NCBI GenBank assembly: GCA_022821725.1
Contig: JAJEDB010000043.1
Span: forward strand, 22,563-86,562
DNA: 64,000 bases
Direction of reading: 5' to 3'
From: Candidatus Poribacteria bacterium
GTDB lineage: Bacteria; Poribacteria; WGA-4E; WGA-3G
Under the pieces are notes generated by a model that was not told the origin of the DNA, did not search any database, and worked only from the letters and a program-made list of their open reading frames with translations. A program made the position numbers and the translations under genes. This document shows positions 1 to 9,251 of this stretch, in pieces. Position 1 is the first letter of the stretch; each line of letters begins with the position of its first letter.

Positions 1-2489
1 TTAACTTCCAAACAATGGTAATTGATTTAACCGGTTTACCCGTCGCGAATGCCTCCCTCTTAGATGAGGCAACCGCCGCCGCTGAGGCGATGGGAATGTG
101 TGTTGCAAACGTACCACAAAAGATCAGTCGAAACTTTTTTGTGTCAGAAACCTGTCATCCACAAACAATCGCTGTCCTACAAACACGCGCTGAACCCCTC
201 GGTATTGAATTACAAATCGGTGATCATCGCGAGGTCAATTTTGACACACCGATCTTAGGTGCCATCGTGCAATATCCGGCTACAGATGGGGCGATTTACG
301 ATTACAGTGAGTTCGCTAAACAAGTGCATGCCGCTGGCGGTTTATTCGTTACTGCAACGGATCTGTTGGCACTAACACTTTTACGTCCTCCTGGGGAATT
401 CGGCGCTGACATCACTATCGGTAGCGCTCAGCGATTTGGGGTGCCGCTCGGATACGGGGGTCCCCACGCAGCTTTTCTTTCCACACATGAAGAACTTAAA
501 CGTAGTATTCCGGGACGGATTGCGGGGGTTTCTCAAGATGCGACCGGCAAACCTGCGATCCGTCTGGCACTTCAAACGCGGGAACAACACATCCGACGCG
601 AAAAAGCCACGAGCAATATATGCACCGCACAGGTCCTCCTCGCTGTAATGGCGGGGATGTACGCGGTTTATCATGGACCTACCGGACTTAAGCATATCGC
701 TGAACGCGTCCACTCCCTCACTTGCACATTACGGACGGGACTTGAAGAACTGGGATTTACAACAGGCACAGCTCCCTGTTTTGATACGCTTTCTGTTACG
801 ATCCCAGCGGAAGCAACAGCAGAATTGCTCGCTTCTGCACGTGCGCGGGAAATCAATTTTCGGGCAATTGATTCAACGCATATCGGCATCTCTTTAGACG
901 AAACAACAACACCTGTTGATATTGAAGGAATCTTGCAAATATTTGGGGCACAGACACGTTTGGAAAACGTTCCCGGTAGGAGCGAGCTCCAACTCGCAAT
1001 CCCTATGGATTTGCAACGCAAGAGTGCCTACCTAACACATCCGGTGTTCAATAGTTACCATTCTGAAACCGAGATGCTTCGCTATATCCACAAACTTCAA
1101 ACCAAAGACCTCTCCCTTGTGAATGCCATGATACCGCTCGGTTCTTGCACCATGAAACTCAACGCTACGGCGGAGATGGTCCCGGTAACATGGAACGAAT
1201 TTGGCGGATTGCACCCCTTCGCACCGCTGGAACAAGCAAAGGGGTATCAACATCTATTTTCACAATTGGAGACGTGGTTAGCTGAAATAACGGGTTATAG
1301 TGGTATATCGTTGCAGCCGAATGCGGGTTCGCAAGGTGAATATGCCGGACTGTTAGTCATACGAAAATATCACCAGAGTCGCGGGGAGTCGCATCGTAAT
1401 GTCTGCCTAATACCAACATCTGCACACGGCACGAATCCTGCGAGTGCTGTGATGGCGGGAATGCAAGTGGTCGTCGTGGCGTGCGATACGGATGGGAATA
1501 TTGATCTCGCAGATCTTCAATTAAAAGCTGATGCGCATCGTGAAAATCTCGCAGCTGCCATGATTACGTACCCTTCAACACACGGGGTCTTTGAGGAGAA
1601 AATTCGAGAAATTTGCGATATTGTTCATCAATCCGGTGGACAGGTCTACATGGACGGTGCGAATCTGAATGCGCTTGTTGGCATCGGGCAGCCTGCGGAT
1701 ATTGGCGCGGATGTCTGCCATTTGAACCTCCACAAAACTTTCTGTATCCCACACGGAGGCGGGGGTCCGGGGATGGGACCTATTGGAGTCAAGGCACATC
1801 TCACAGATTTCTTGCCAACACATCCACTTGTCCCTGTCGGGGGTGATGCTGGCATTGGTGCGGTATCCGCTGCGCCGTGGGGAAGTCCAGGCATCCTGCC
1901 TATCTCATGGGCTTATGTGGCGATGATGGGACCGCAAGGACTTACAGCAGCGACAGAAGTCGCGATCCTGAACGCCAATTATATTGCCAAACGGCTTGCT
2001 CCGCATTATCCTGTCCTTTATACCGGAAAAAATGGTTTAGTGGCACACGAATGTATCATTGATTTGCGTGCTTTTAAGAAGAGTGCCGACATAGATGTGA
2101 CGGATGTCGCAAAGCGATTGATGGATTATGGATTCCACGCACCGACTGTCTCTTGGCCCGTCTTGGGCACGATGATGATTGAACCGACGGAAAGCGAATC
2201 GACAGCGGAATTAGAACGGTTCTGTGATGCCCTCATCTCAATTCGTGAAGAGATAGCAGAGATTGAGGCGGGTGCCGCTGATCGGGCAGACAATGTATTG
2301 AAAAACGCGCCCCACACCGTAGAAATGGTTACACACTCTGAGTGGGAGCATTCCTATACCCGTGAAAGCGCCGCGTTTCCGAAACCGTGGGTTCGTGAGG
2401 CTAAATTTTGGCCCGCAGTCGCACGTATCAACGAGGTTTATGGCGACAGGAATTTGATGTGTGCCTGCCCACCACTTGATGAATATTAG
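1..2489 (+). CDS. gcvP: Glycine dehydrogenase (glycine cleavage P protein), 5' end outside window
   Basis: Motifs [46 protein letters not shown] and the PLP-lysine motif HLNLHKTF; frame is open from the window edge. Confidence 0.97.
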   Translation, partial: NFQTMVIDLTGLPVANASLLDEATAAAEAMGMCVANVPQKISRNFFVSETCHPQTIAVLQTRAEPLGIELQIGDHREVNFDTPILGAIVQYPATDGAIYDYSEFAKQVHAAGGLFVTATDLLALTLLRPPGEFGADITIGSAQRFGVPLGYGGPHAAFLSTHEELKRSIPGRIAGVSQDATGKPAIRLALQTREQHIRREKATSNICTAQVLLAVMAGMYAVYHGPTGLKHIAERVHSLTCTLRTGLEELGFTTGTAPCFDTLSVTIPAEATAELLASARAREINFRAIDSTHIGISLDETTTPVDIEGILQIFGAQTRLENVPGRSELQLAIPMDLQRKSAYLTHPVFNSYHSETEMLRYIHKLQTKDLSLVNAMIPLGSCTMKLNATAEMVPVTWNEFGGLHPFAPLEQAKGYQHLFSQLETWLAEITGYSGISLQPNAGSQGEYAGLLVIRKYHQSRGESHRNVCLIPTSAHGTNPASAVMAGMQVVVVACDTDGNIDLADLQLKADAHRENLAAAMITYPSTHGVFEEKIREICDIVHQSGGQVYMDGANLNALVGIGQPADIGADVCHLNLHKTFCIPHGGGGPGMGPIGVKAHLTDFLPTHPLVPVGGDAGIGAVSAAPWGSPGILPISWAYVAMMGPQGLTAATEVAILNANYIAKRLAPHYPVLYTGKNGLVAHECIIDLRAFKKSADIDVTDVAKRLMDYGFHAPTVSWPVLGTMMIEPTESESTAELERFCDALISIREEIAEIEAGAADRADNVLKNAPHTVEMVTHSEWEHSYTRESAAFPKPWVREAKFWPAVARINEVYGDRNLMCACPPLDEY

Positions 2490-2547
2490 AATTTACGCAA
2501 ACTAAACCAGTATCGGACTTATACGCTGAAAAAATGCGTAAGTCCTA
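2487..2547. repeat. Small MITE-like element with imperfect terminal inverted repeats (TAGAATTTACGCA ... TGCGTAAGTCCTA)
   Basis: Same ends as the element at 31245-31334. Confidence 0.5.
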
Positions 2548-2567
2548 TCCTATATAAAACAAAACCC

Positions 2568-2655
2568 GTAGCCCGTAATGTAATGGAGGGCGGATATAAG
2601 AAACGTATTTGATAGTTCTAACGCACGTTATTTAACCGCAAGGTAAAATTAAAAG
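2568..2655 (+). repeat. 88-bp leader repeat, copy A, ending at the trkA ATG
   Basis: GTAGCCCGTAATGTAATGGAGGGCGG ... CCGCAAGGTAAAATTAAAAG-ATG; six related copies in the window. Confidence 0.85.
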
Positions 2656-4062
2656 ATGAAAGCGATAATTATAGGGGCAGGAGAGGTTGGATTCCATATT
2701 GCCAAACTTCTCACTGTCCAGGCTAACGATGTTGTTCTCATTGATGAATCCGATGCTGCTTGCGATCGGGTTAATGAACAATTGGACTTGCAAACGCTGC
2801 AGGGTTCCGGAGCATCCCCGCGCCTTCTCAAGACCGCTGGCATTGACGAAGCGGATCTCCTCATTGCCGTTACGAATAGTGATGAGATTAATATGCTCGC
2901 TTGTCAGATAGCCGGCAGGTACAGCGTCAGCACAAAAATCGCACGGGTCTCAAATCCTGACTACTTCTCCACAGAGAGCGGACTGACTCCGAAAGACTTC
3001 GGTATCGATCTACTGGTGAGTCCAGAGCAACGCTGCATTGCTGAATTTGTCCGGCTCTTGCAGATACCTGAGGCACGAGAAATTGTCGACTTTGAAGACG
3101 GAAAAGTCCAACTTGTCTCGTTTCGTGCCAGACAGTCAAACCCCTTAATAGGAAAATCGCTCGCCGAGTTGGACGCAAGTGGGCTGCTCGCCGATATCCG
3201 CTTTGCTGCCATCAGTCGTCGTGGCAATCCTAATAACGGCAACCCGATCAGTAACGGCAACAGGCACATTATCATTCCGAGAGGGGCAGATGCACTGCAA
3301 CAAGGGGATGAAGCATTTGTCATCGGCAGTTCGCTGGCAGTTGAGCAATTGTTACGTATTAGTGGTATCACATTTAACCAGCAACTCGATCGTGTTATCA
3401 TCGTGGGGGCAAGCCCCATTGGCATTGGACTCGCCCGTGTGCTTGAAGAAAATGACACCGATGTCAAACTCATTGAAGCCGATCAAACCCAAGCGCGACT
3501 GGCATCCCAACGCCTCAAGCGGACCACCGTTTTACAAGGCGATTATCTTCAATACAGACTCCTTGAAGAAGCAGGTGTAGAGGGTGTTAATGGATTCGTC
3601 TCCGTCACAGGGGACGATGAAAACGACATTATGGCATGCATGACCGCTAAAGAGAACGGTGCCCAGCGTGTCCTCGCGCTCGTTCAGCGGCCTCGTTATC
3701 TCCCCTTGTTGGCGCGTATTCCGAGACTTGATGGTGCGGTGAGTAGACATCTCACGGTTGTTAGCAATATCCTGCGGCTCATCCGTCGCGGAAATATCAT
3801 TTCTGTTGCATCGCTTCACGGAATAGATGCGGAAGTGATTGAGATTGTCGCTGGTGTCAACGCGAAGATTGTCCACAAGGAACTCATCTCTTTCAAAACA
3901 AAATTCCCAGAAAACGCCTTTATCGGTGCCGTCCTTCGACGGGAAAAACTCATGATTCCAACCGGTCAGTCTGTTATCCAACCTGCAGATCGCGTGATCG
4001 TCTTTAGTATGCCCGACGCGATTCCAATTGTCGAAGACCTGTTCGCGGAGCGGAGAGACTAA
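2656..4062 (+). CDS. trkA: Trk K+ uptake system NAD-binding subunit
   Basis: Two RCK-N/RCK-C repeats, IIGAGEVG Rossmann motif, AVTNSDEINM; adjacent to trkH. Confidence 0.95.
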   Translation: MKAIIIGAGEVGFHIAKLLTVQANDVVLIDESDAACDRVNEQLDLQTLQGSGASPRLLKTAGIDEADLLIAVTNSDEINMLACQIAGRYSVSTKIARVSNPDYFSTESGLTPKDFGIDLLVSPEQRCIAEFVRLLQIPEAREIVDFEDGKVQLVSFRARQSNPLIGKSLAELDASGLLADIRFAAISRRGNPNNGNPISNGNRHIIIPRGADALQQGDEAFVIGSSLAVEQLLRISGITFNQQLDRVIIVGASPIGIGLARVLEENDTDVKLIEADQTQARLASQRLKRTTVLQGDYLQYRLLEEAGVEGVNGFVSVTGDDENDIMACMTAKENGAQRVLALVQRPRYLPLLARIPRLDGAVSRHLTVVSNILRLIRRGNIISVASLHGIDAEVIEIVAGVNAKIVHKELISFKTKFPENAFIGAVLRREKLMIPTGQSVIQPADRVIVFSMPDAIPIVEDLFAERRD

Positions 4063-4084
4063 AGGTTGTCAATTACCTATTAAA

Positions 4085-5590
4085 ATGAGCCTTAAATTAA
4101 TCGCTTATACGCTTGGTAATTTACTTATCTGTCTCGCCGGAACGATGCTACTGCCCTTGGGAGTGGCTATCTATTATCAGACGAGAGCCGGTGAAGCCGA
4201 GAGCAATTTGTCGGCTTTTGTCATCTCAGCGATACTCACCTTAGTTGTCGGCTTGGTTCTCCGTTTTAGTATTCGCGCACGACAGGAAGAACTCGGCATC
4301 CGCGAAGGCTTTGCGGTTGTCGCTTTGGGATGGGTAACGGTTGCCCTTTTTGGATCGCTCCCCTACATATTTGCAGACGTGTTTCGCAGTGAAGGTCGCT
4401 CCCCGTGGGTAGAATTTTCCTTCTGTTATTTTGAATCTATGGCGGGGTTCTCGACGACGGGTGCCACTGTCCTCACCGAAATTGAGCATCTTTCACACGC
4501 TGTGCTCTTCTGGCGGAGCCTTTCCCACTGGCTGGGTGGCATGGGAATTGTTGTGCTTGCTGTCGCCATTCTTCCGATGCTCGGCATCGGGGGTATGCAG
4601 CTTTTTCGCGCCGAGGCTCCCGGACCGCAGACCGATCGACTCACCCCGCGTATCGCACAAACGGCTAAACTTCTCTGGGGCGTTTATCTCTTGCTCTCTT
4701 TTTTAGAAACAGCCCTCCTGATGCTCGGCGGCATGTCACTCTTTGACGCGCTCTGCCACACCTTTGGCACGATGGCAACTGGAGGGTTTTCAACGAAGAA
4801 CCAGAGCATCGGGCACTACAACAGTGTTTATGTTGACATGGTTATAAGTTTCTTCATGTTTCTCGCCGGAACTAATTTCGCGCTGCATTACCGTGCGCTT
4901 CGAGGCGATGTCAAAGCCTATTTCCAAGATACAGAATTCAAATTCTACTGTATTGTTATCGCAGTGAGTATTACCCTAATTTCATGGAATACCATCAGGT
5001 TTCAGGTCGATGGGGATATCCCTTATGATTCAATGTGGACATCGCTACGCTATGCTACGTTTCAGGTGACGTCTATCATCACGACCACTGGCTACGGGAC
5101 GGCTGACTTCGAACAGTGGCCCGCCCTCTCCCAATTCATTTTAGTGACACTTATGTTCTACGGGGGGTGCGCTGGCTCCACGGGAGGCGGTATGAAGCAG
5201 GTTCGATTCCTACTCCTTATTAAACAGAGTCGCGCCGAAATTAAACGCCTCCTTTTCCCGCATGCTGTACTTCCTATTCGCGTTAACGATCGAGTCGTTC
5301 CCCCCGAAGTGATGACGAATGTTCTGGGTTTCTTTTTCTTTTTCATCGGGATTTTTGCGATTGTAACGTGCATTATGGCAACTTTGGGGCTTGACCTTGT
5401 GAGTGCCGCTGGTGCGACAATCGCTACACTCGGAAACATCGGTCCCGGTCTCGGTAGCGTAGGACCCACGGATAACTACGCCCATATTCACACGGCTGGA
5501 AAATATATTCTGTCTTTCTGTATGTTACTGGGACGTTTAGAACTTTATACCGTGCTTATCCTCTTTTCACCAAATTTCTGGAAACGATGA
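4085..5590 (+). CDS. trkH: Trk K+ uptake membrane protein (probable start MSLKL at 4085)
   Basis: Selectivity-filter motifs GFSTTGAT, ATGGFS, TTTGYG, GNIGPG; ends LGRLEL. Confidence 0.95.
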   Translation: MSLKLIAYTLGNLLICLAGTMLLPLGVAIYYQTRAGEAESNLSAFVISAILTLVVGLVLRFSIRARQEELGIREGFAVVALGWVTVALFGSLPYIFADVFRSEGRSPWVEFSFCYFESMAGFSTTGATVLTEIEHLSHAVLFWRSLSHWLGGMGIVVLAVAILPMLGIGGMQLFRAEAPGPQTDRLTPRIAQTAKLLWGVYLLLSFLETALLMLGGMSLFDALCHTFGTMATGGFSTKNQSIGHYNSVYVDMVISFFMFLAGTNFALHYRALRGDVKAYFQDTEFKFYCIVIAVSITLISWNTIRFQVDGDIPYDSMWTSLRYATFQVTSIITTTGYGTADFEQWPALSQFILVTLMFYGGCAGSTGGGMKQVRFLLLIKQSRAEIKRLLFPHAVLPIRVNDRVVPPEVMTNVLGFFFFFIGIFAIVTCIMATLGLDLVSAAGATIATLGNIGPGLGSVGPTDNYAHIHTAGKYILSFCMLLGRLELYTVLILFSPNFWKR

Positions 5591-5678
5591 TTTTAATTTT
5601 ACCTTGCGGATAAGCGTCATAGTCTGTATTTTGAAAGTTTTTGATTTCGAGTCGTCCTCCATTACATTACGGACTTGC
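5591..5678 (-). repeat. 88-bp leader repeat, copy B (inverted, abuts the trkH stop codon)
   Basis: Reverse complement reads GCAAGTCCGTAATGTAATGGAGGAC ... CCGCAAGGTAAAATTAAAA. Confidence 0.8.
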
Positions 5679-5767
5679 GGTTCGATCTTAAGAAGTATGT
5701 TCAGAATACGCAAAAACCTGCGCGTAAGCGAAGCGAAGCGCAGATCGAAAACCCAATCATAAAAAAA

Positions 5768-6412
5768 ATGAACACCGATAAACTACGCAGAGAATATAGA
5801 GTCCATGATGGACACCTACTTGAAGAGAATGTTTCGTCCGATCCGTTTGAACAATTTGAAAGGTGGTTCTCGGATGCGATCGCCGCCAAACTCGACCTAC
5901 CGGATGCGATGACGTTGGCAACGGCAACGCCGCAAGGTATACCGTCTGCTCGAATGGTGGTCCTCAGAGGTTTCAATGCGAGAGGTTTCTGTTTCTACAC
6001 GGATTATGGAAGCCAAAAGGGACAGGAACTGGCTGAGAATCCGAACGCGGCGTTGGTATTCTATTGGCGTGAACTCGATCGGCAGGTCCGCAGCACTGGC
6101 ACTGTCGAAAAAATGACAGCCGAGGAATCAGATGCTTACTTCGCCAGTCGTCCAGTGAGCAGTCAACTCGCCGTGTGGGCAGAACGTCAGAGCCTTTTGA
6201 TTTCAGGACGAGAACATCTCACAGAAGGATATCAACGAGCGGAACAGACGTATGCCCAGGATACCATTCCACGTCCACCACAGTGGGGTGGATACCGACT
6301 CGTGCCGAATCTGTTTGAATTTTGGCAGGGGTGTCCGAACCGTCTCCATGATCGACTCTGTTATACGCTACAACCCGATGGGACATGGGAGATGAAACGC
6401 CTATCGCCATAA
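5768..6412 (+). CDS. pdxH: Pyridoxamine 5'-phosphate oxidase (probable start MNTDKLRREY)
   Basis: AMTLATA, PSARMVVL, SQKG, WGGYRL, EFWQG..NRLHDR, C-terminal RLSP. Confidence 0.95.
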   Translation: MNTDKLRREYRVHDGHLLEENVSSDPFEQFERWFSDAIAAKLDLPDAMTLATATPQGIPSARMVVLRGFNARGFCFYTDYGSQKGQELAENPNAALVFYWRELDRQVRSTGTVEKMTAEESDAYFASRPVSSQLAVWAERQSLLISGREHLTEGYQRAEQTYAQDTIPRPPQWGGYRLVPNLFEFWQGCPNRLHDRLCYTLQPDGTWEMKRLSP

Positions 6413-6529
6413 ATTTAATATTTTGTTAGATGAATCAAAGAAATCTCGGAAATCACTTAATTTTTCTTGCAGACTCGTATTACAGTTTAACCGCTCGTAG
6501 AATAGATCGAAAACTGGAGGAGACTCCCA

Positions 6530-6739
6530 ATGAATTCAATGAAATTGGTATGCCTTGCAGGAACACTTTTTCTTTTCTCTTTCCCTGGATGGACAGGTAC
6601 GTTTATCGAAACCTTCAATGAGGACGACCTCATGGGGACGTTTGAAATAGGGAAATTGACAGATATACACCTTTGCGAAAGCGCGTGTGAATGTATCTGC
6701 TGTAGGAGCGACCTCCCGGTCGCGACTCACACCGCATAA
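6530..6739 (+). pseudogene. Truncated N-terminal relic of a secreted protein paralogous to the next gene
   Basis: Signal peptide plus GTFIETFNEDDL resembles GTFVETFDAKDL of 6774-7472; the frame then degenerates into a REP element. Confidence 0.5.
6702..6726 (+). repeat. GTAG-type REP palindrome
   Basis: GTAGGA-GCGACC-TCCC-GGTCGC-GAC. Confidence 0.7.
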
Positions 6740-6773
6740 CAAGGAAAATCATATGAAATTAAGGAGACCGCGG

Positions 6774-7472
6774 ATGAAATTTAGACGTATCATAATTCTG
6801 CTGTTTTTTCTGCCTTTCTCTGCTTCGGCGGGGACGTTTGTGGAAACATTTGACGCCAAAGATTTACAAGATTGGCAGGATCTTACCATGGTGAATCTCG
6901 ATGCTGCTCAAGCTACTTGGGAGGTACTTGATGGCGAACTTCAGGGGATGAGCCATACCACCTTGGTGAGTTTACTTACAGTTGGGGATAAGGCATGGAA
7001 AGATTACATCGTCGAATTTGATGTCAAACCTATGAAAAAACATGGTCCAGGAAGCATAGCAATTGCGGCCCGGAAGAAAAAGACCGCAATCATGACATGT
7101 ATGATCGGTGACATAGAATTTCCAGATCCAGAATCAAAGGCTATCTGCTTCAGCGGTGACTTCCACGGGAATAGATATGTGGTTCTCAACAGCGAAGCCG
7201 CTCCGTTGTTAACATTGGAAACATGGTCACATCTGAAATTGAGCGTTCATGGCCCAACCTTTACCTTCTGGATTAATGGTAAACAGATATTGGAAGCAAG
7301 AGATCAGGAAGCTAATTTTCTGATAGGGGGTGTCGGTTTTGGGATAGCGAACTATACGGCGCGCTTTGATAACATCATCATTACCGGTGATACTATTCCG
7401 AATAAGGGACGGCTTGCCGTAACACCCCAAGGAAAACTCGCGACGGTGTGGGGACAGTTGAAGAAGTTTTAG
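6774..7472 (+). CDS. Secreted DUF1080/concanavalin-like beta-sandwich protein with C-terminal LAVTPQGKLATVWGQLK motif
   Basis: Signal peptide ending SASA; W.DY.VEFDV, W.HLK..V.G..F..W.NG and GGVG.G...ARFDNI.I pattern; AAGGAG RBS (alternative start 6753). Confidence 0.7.
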   Translation: MKFRRIIILLFFLPFSASAGTFVETFDAKDLQDWQDLTMVNLDAAQATWEVLDGELQGMSHTTLVSLLTVGDKAWKDYIVEFDVKPMKKHGPGSIAIAARKKKTAIMTCMIGDIEFPDPESKAICFSGDFHGNRYVVLNSEAAPLLTLETWSHLKLSVHGPTFTFWINGKQILEARDQEANFLIGGVGFGIANYTARFDNIIITGDTIPNKGRLAVTPQGKLATVWGQLKKF

Positions 7473-7556
7473 ACATAGAAACAAGAGGCTATCTTTTCCA
7501 ATGTGAATATAGAGTTATGGTAGTCTTAATTCAAAAATATTTTTTCTAAAAAAAAC

Positions 7557-7585
7557 TTGACAATGTTTTTGAAATATGAGAAACT
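7557..7585 (+). promoter_or_regulatory. Putative sigma70 promoter of the nuo operon
   Basis: TTGACA at 7557, 17-nt spacer, weak TG-n-GAAACT -10 box; AT-rich upstream. Confidence 0.4.
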
Positions 7586-7692
7586 ATTAAGCATATTAGG
7601 GAATTGTGTTTCTGAATCGGCATTAACTTTTAACTTTGGCAAAGTTCACGAGCCAATATTAAGATGTGTGAGGGCAAAATAGATTAGAAACA

Positions 7693-8061
7693 ATGTTAAT
7701 AGATTATCTTCCAATCTTGTTGTTGGGACTCTTCGCAGTCCTCTTTGCGGGTATTAATCTCGCCCTAACCCATATTCTTGGACCCAAACGCCCGACCCGC
7801 GTTAAACTCTCCGTTTACGAATCGGGTGTCCGCCCCGTCGGCGACGCGAGACAACGCTTTACAATTCGGTTTGACCTCGTCGCGATGCTCTTTATCATCT
7901 TCGATATTGAGGTGGTATTCCTTTATCCGTGGGCAGTGGTCTTCAAGAAATTCTCTGAAACGAGTGGTTTATTTATTTTAATTGAAATGCTGGTGTTTAT
8001 CGGTATTCTTCTTCTCGGCTATATCTATGCTTGGAAGAAAGGAGGCTTAACATGGGATTAG
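7693..8061 (+). CDS. nuoA: NADH-quinone oxidoreductase subunit A
   Basis: [27 protein letters not shown]. Confidence 0.97.
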   Translation: MLIDYLPILLLGLFAVLFAGINLALTHILGPKRPTRVKLSVYESGVRPVGDARQRFTIRFDLVAMLFIIFDIEVVFLYPWAVVFKKFSETSGLFILIEMLVFIGILLLGYIYAWKKGGLTWD

Positions 8062-8561
8062 ATTTTGTTGGACGCGGGGTCGGAGAGACGGATGGAAATA
8101 TCATCACAACGAGTATAGAGAAGGTTGTCAACTGGGGACGTAAGAACTCGTTGTGGCCCATGCCGTTCGGAACAGCGTGTTGTGCCATTGAGATGATGGC
8201 GACCTTGGCTTCCAAATACGACCTCTCTCGATTCGGTTCTGAAGCGATCCGCTTTTCACCCCGCCAATCGGATCTGCTCATCGTTTCCGGCAGGATTTCC
8301 ATCAAGATGATGCCGGTGCTAAAACGGATTTATGACCAAATGCCGGATCCGAAGTGGGTGATTTCGATGGGGGCATGCGCTTCCTGCGGCGGCGTGTTTG
8401 ACACCTATACCCTCATCCAAGGCGTTGATCAGTTCCTCCCCGTGGATGTTTACATACCCGGATGCCCGCCACGCCCCGAAGACCTCATTGATGCCGTGAT
8501 GCAGGTGCAGCAGAAAATCACCAGTGGTGCTTCACCTAAGGGAGTAGAGGCAGTCGTATGA
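8052..8561 (+). CDS. nuoB: NADH-quinone oxidoreductase subunit B
   Basis: [11 protein letters not shown] (N2 tandem cysteines), SPRQSD, GACA, PGCPPRP. Confidence 0.97.
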   Translation: MGLDFVGRGVGETDGNIITTSIEKVVNWGRKNSLWPMPFGTACCAIEMMATLASKYDLSRFGSEAIRFSPRQSDLLIVSGRISIKMMPVLKRIYDQMPDPKWVISMGACASCGGVFDTYTLIQGVDQFLPVDVYIPGCPPRPEDLIDAVMQVQQKITSGASPKGVEAVV

Positions 8562-9106
8562 ATGAAGAGAAAGAAGTTGAAGAACAGTCGAAACCGCTCG
8601 TCCTTGAAAAATTAGAGGAACATCACGCAGATGCTCTCTTGGCACAGGACGAAATGCGTGGCACTGTCGTCGTTGTTGTTCGTAAAGAACAGGCTTACGC
8701 CGTTTTGGAGTATCTGAAAACGGATGCTGAACTCGCCTATACCTTTCTCGTTGATGTTACCGCTGTCGACAATTCTCAGATGGAATCCGAGTTGATGCAG
8801 TTTGACTATGCGCGGTTCATGGTCGTCTATCAGCTCTATTCCTATCAGGGGCAGTGTCGCCTCCGAGTAAAGGTCCCTGTCCATGAAAGTGACTTAAGCA
8901 TTCCATCCGTGACTGCATTGTGGAAAGGTGCGAACTGGCTGGAGCGTGAGACTTACGACATGTTTGGTATCAATTTTGAGGGACACCCCGATCTGCGTCG
9001 GATCTTGATGCCGGACGATTTTGAGGGACACCCGCTCCGTAAGGATTATCCACTCCGCGGACGTGGCGAGCGCGAACGCTTTAATTTTGATAAACAGAAT
9101 GTCTAA
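8558..9106 (+). CDS. nuoC: NADH-quinone oxidoreductase subunit C
   Basis: [25 protein letters not shown]...GHPLRKDYP. Confidence 0.97.
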   Translation: MNEEKEVEEQSKPLVLEKLEEHHADALLAQDEMRGTVVVVVRKEQAYAVLEYLKTDAELAYTFLVDVTAVDNSQMESELMQFDYARFMVVYQLYSYQGQCRLRVKVPVHESDLSIPSVTALWKGANWLERETYDMFGINFEGHPDLRRILMPDDFEGHPLRKDYPLRGRGERERFNFDKQNV

Positions 9107-9251
9107 AACTGCCCAGGATTTTTGTAATTTTTGTGATTTACCATGATAGAATGATGAGAACTCCGATAATTATGGTAAATCTCCCCTCTTATATCGCTGG
9201 CACATCAATCATAGTTCAGATTTTAACTGAAAGCCAAAAAAGGAGTATTTT

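Noticed and set aside
5675-5767. N-terminal extensions in the ORF track (pdxH 5675, 4028, 6687, 29301, 45072, 53185)
   Set aside because: They run through repeats or upstream sequence; downstream ATGs fit the family N-termini and RBS positions better
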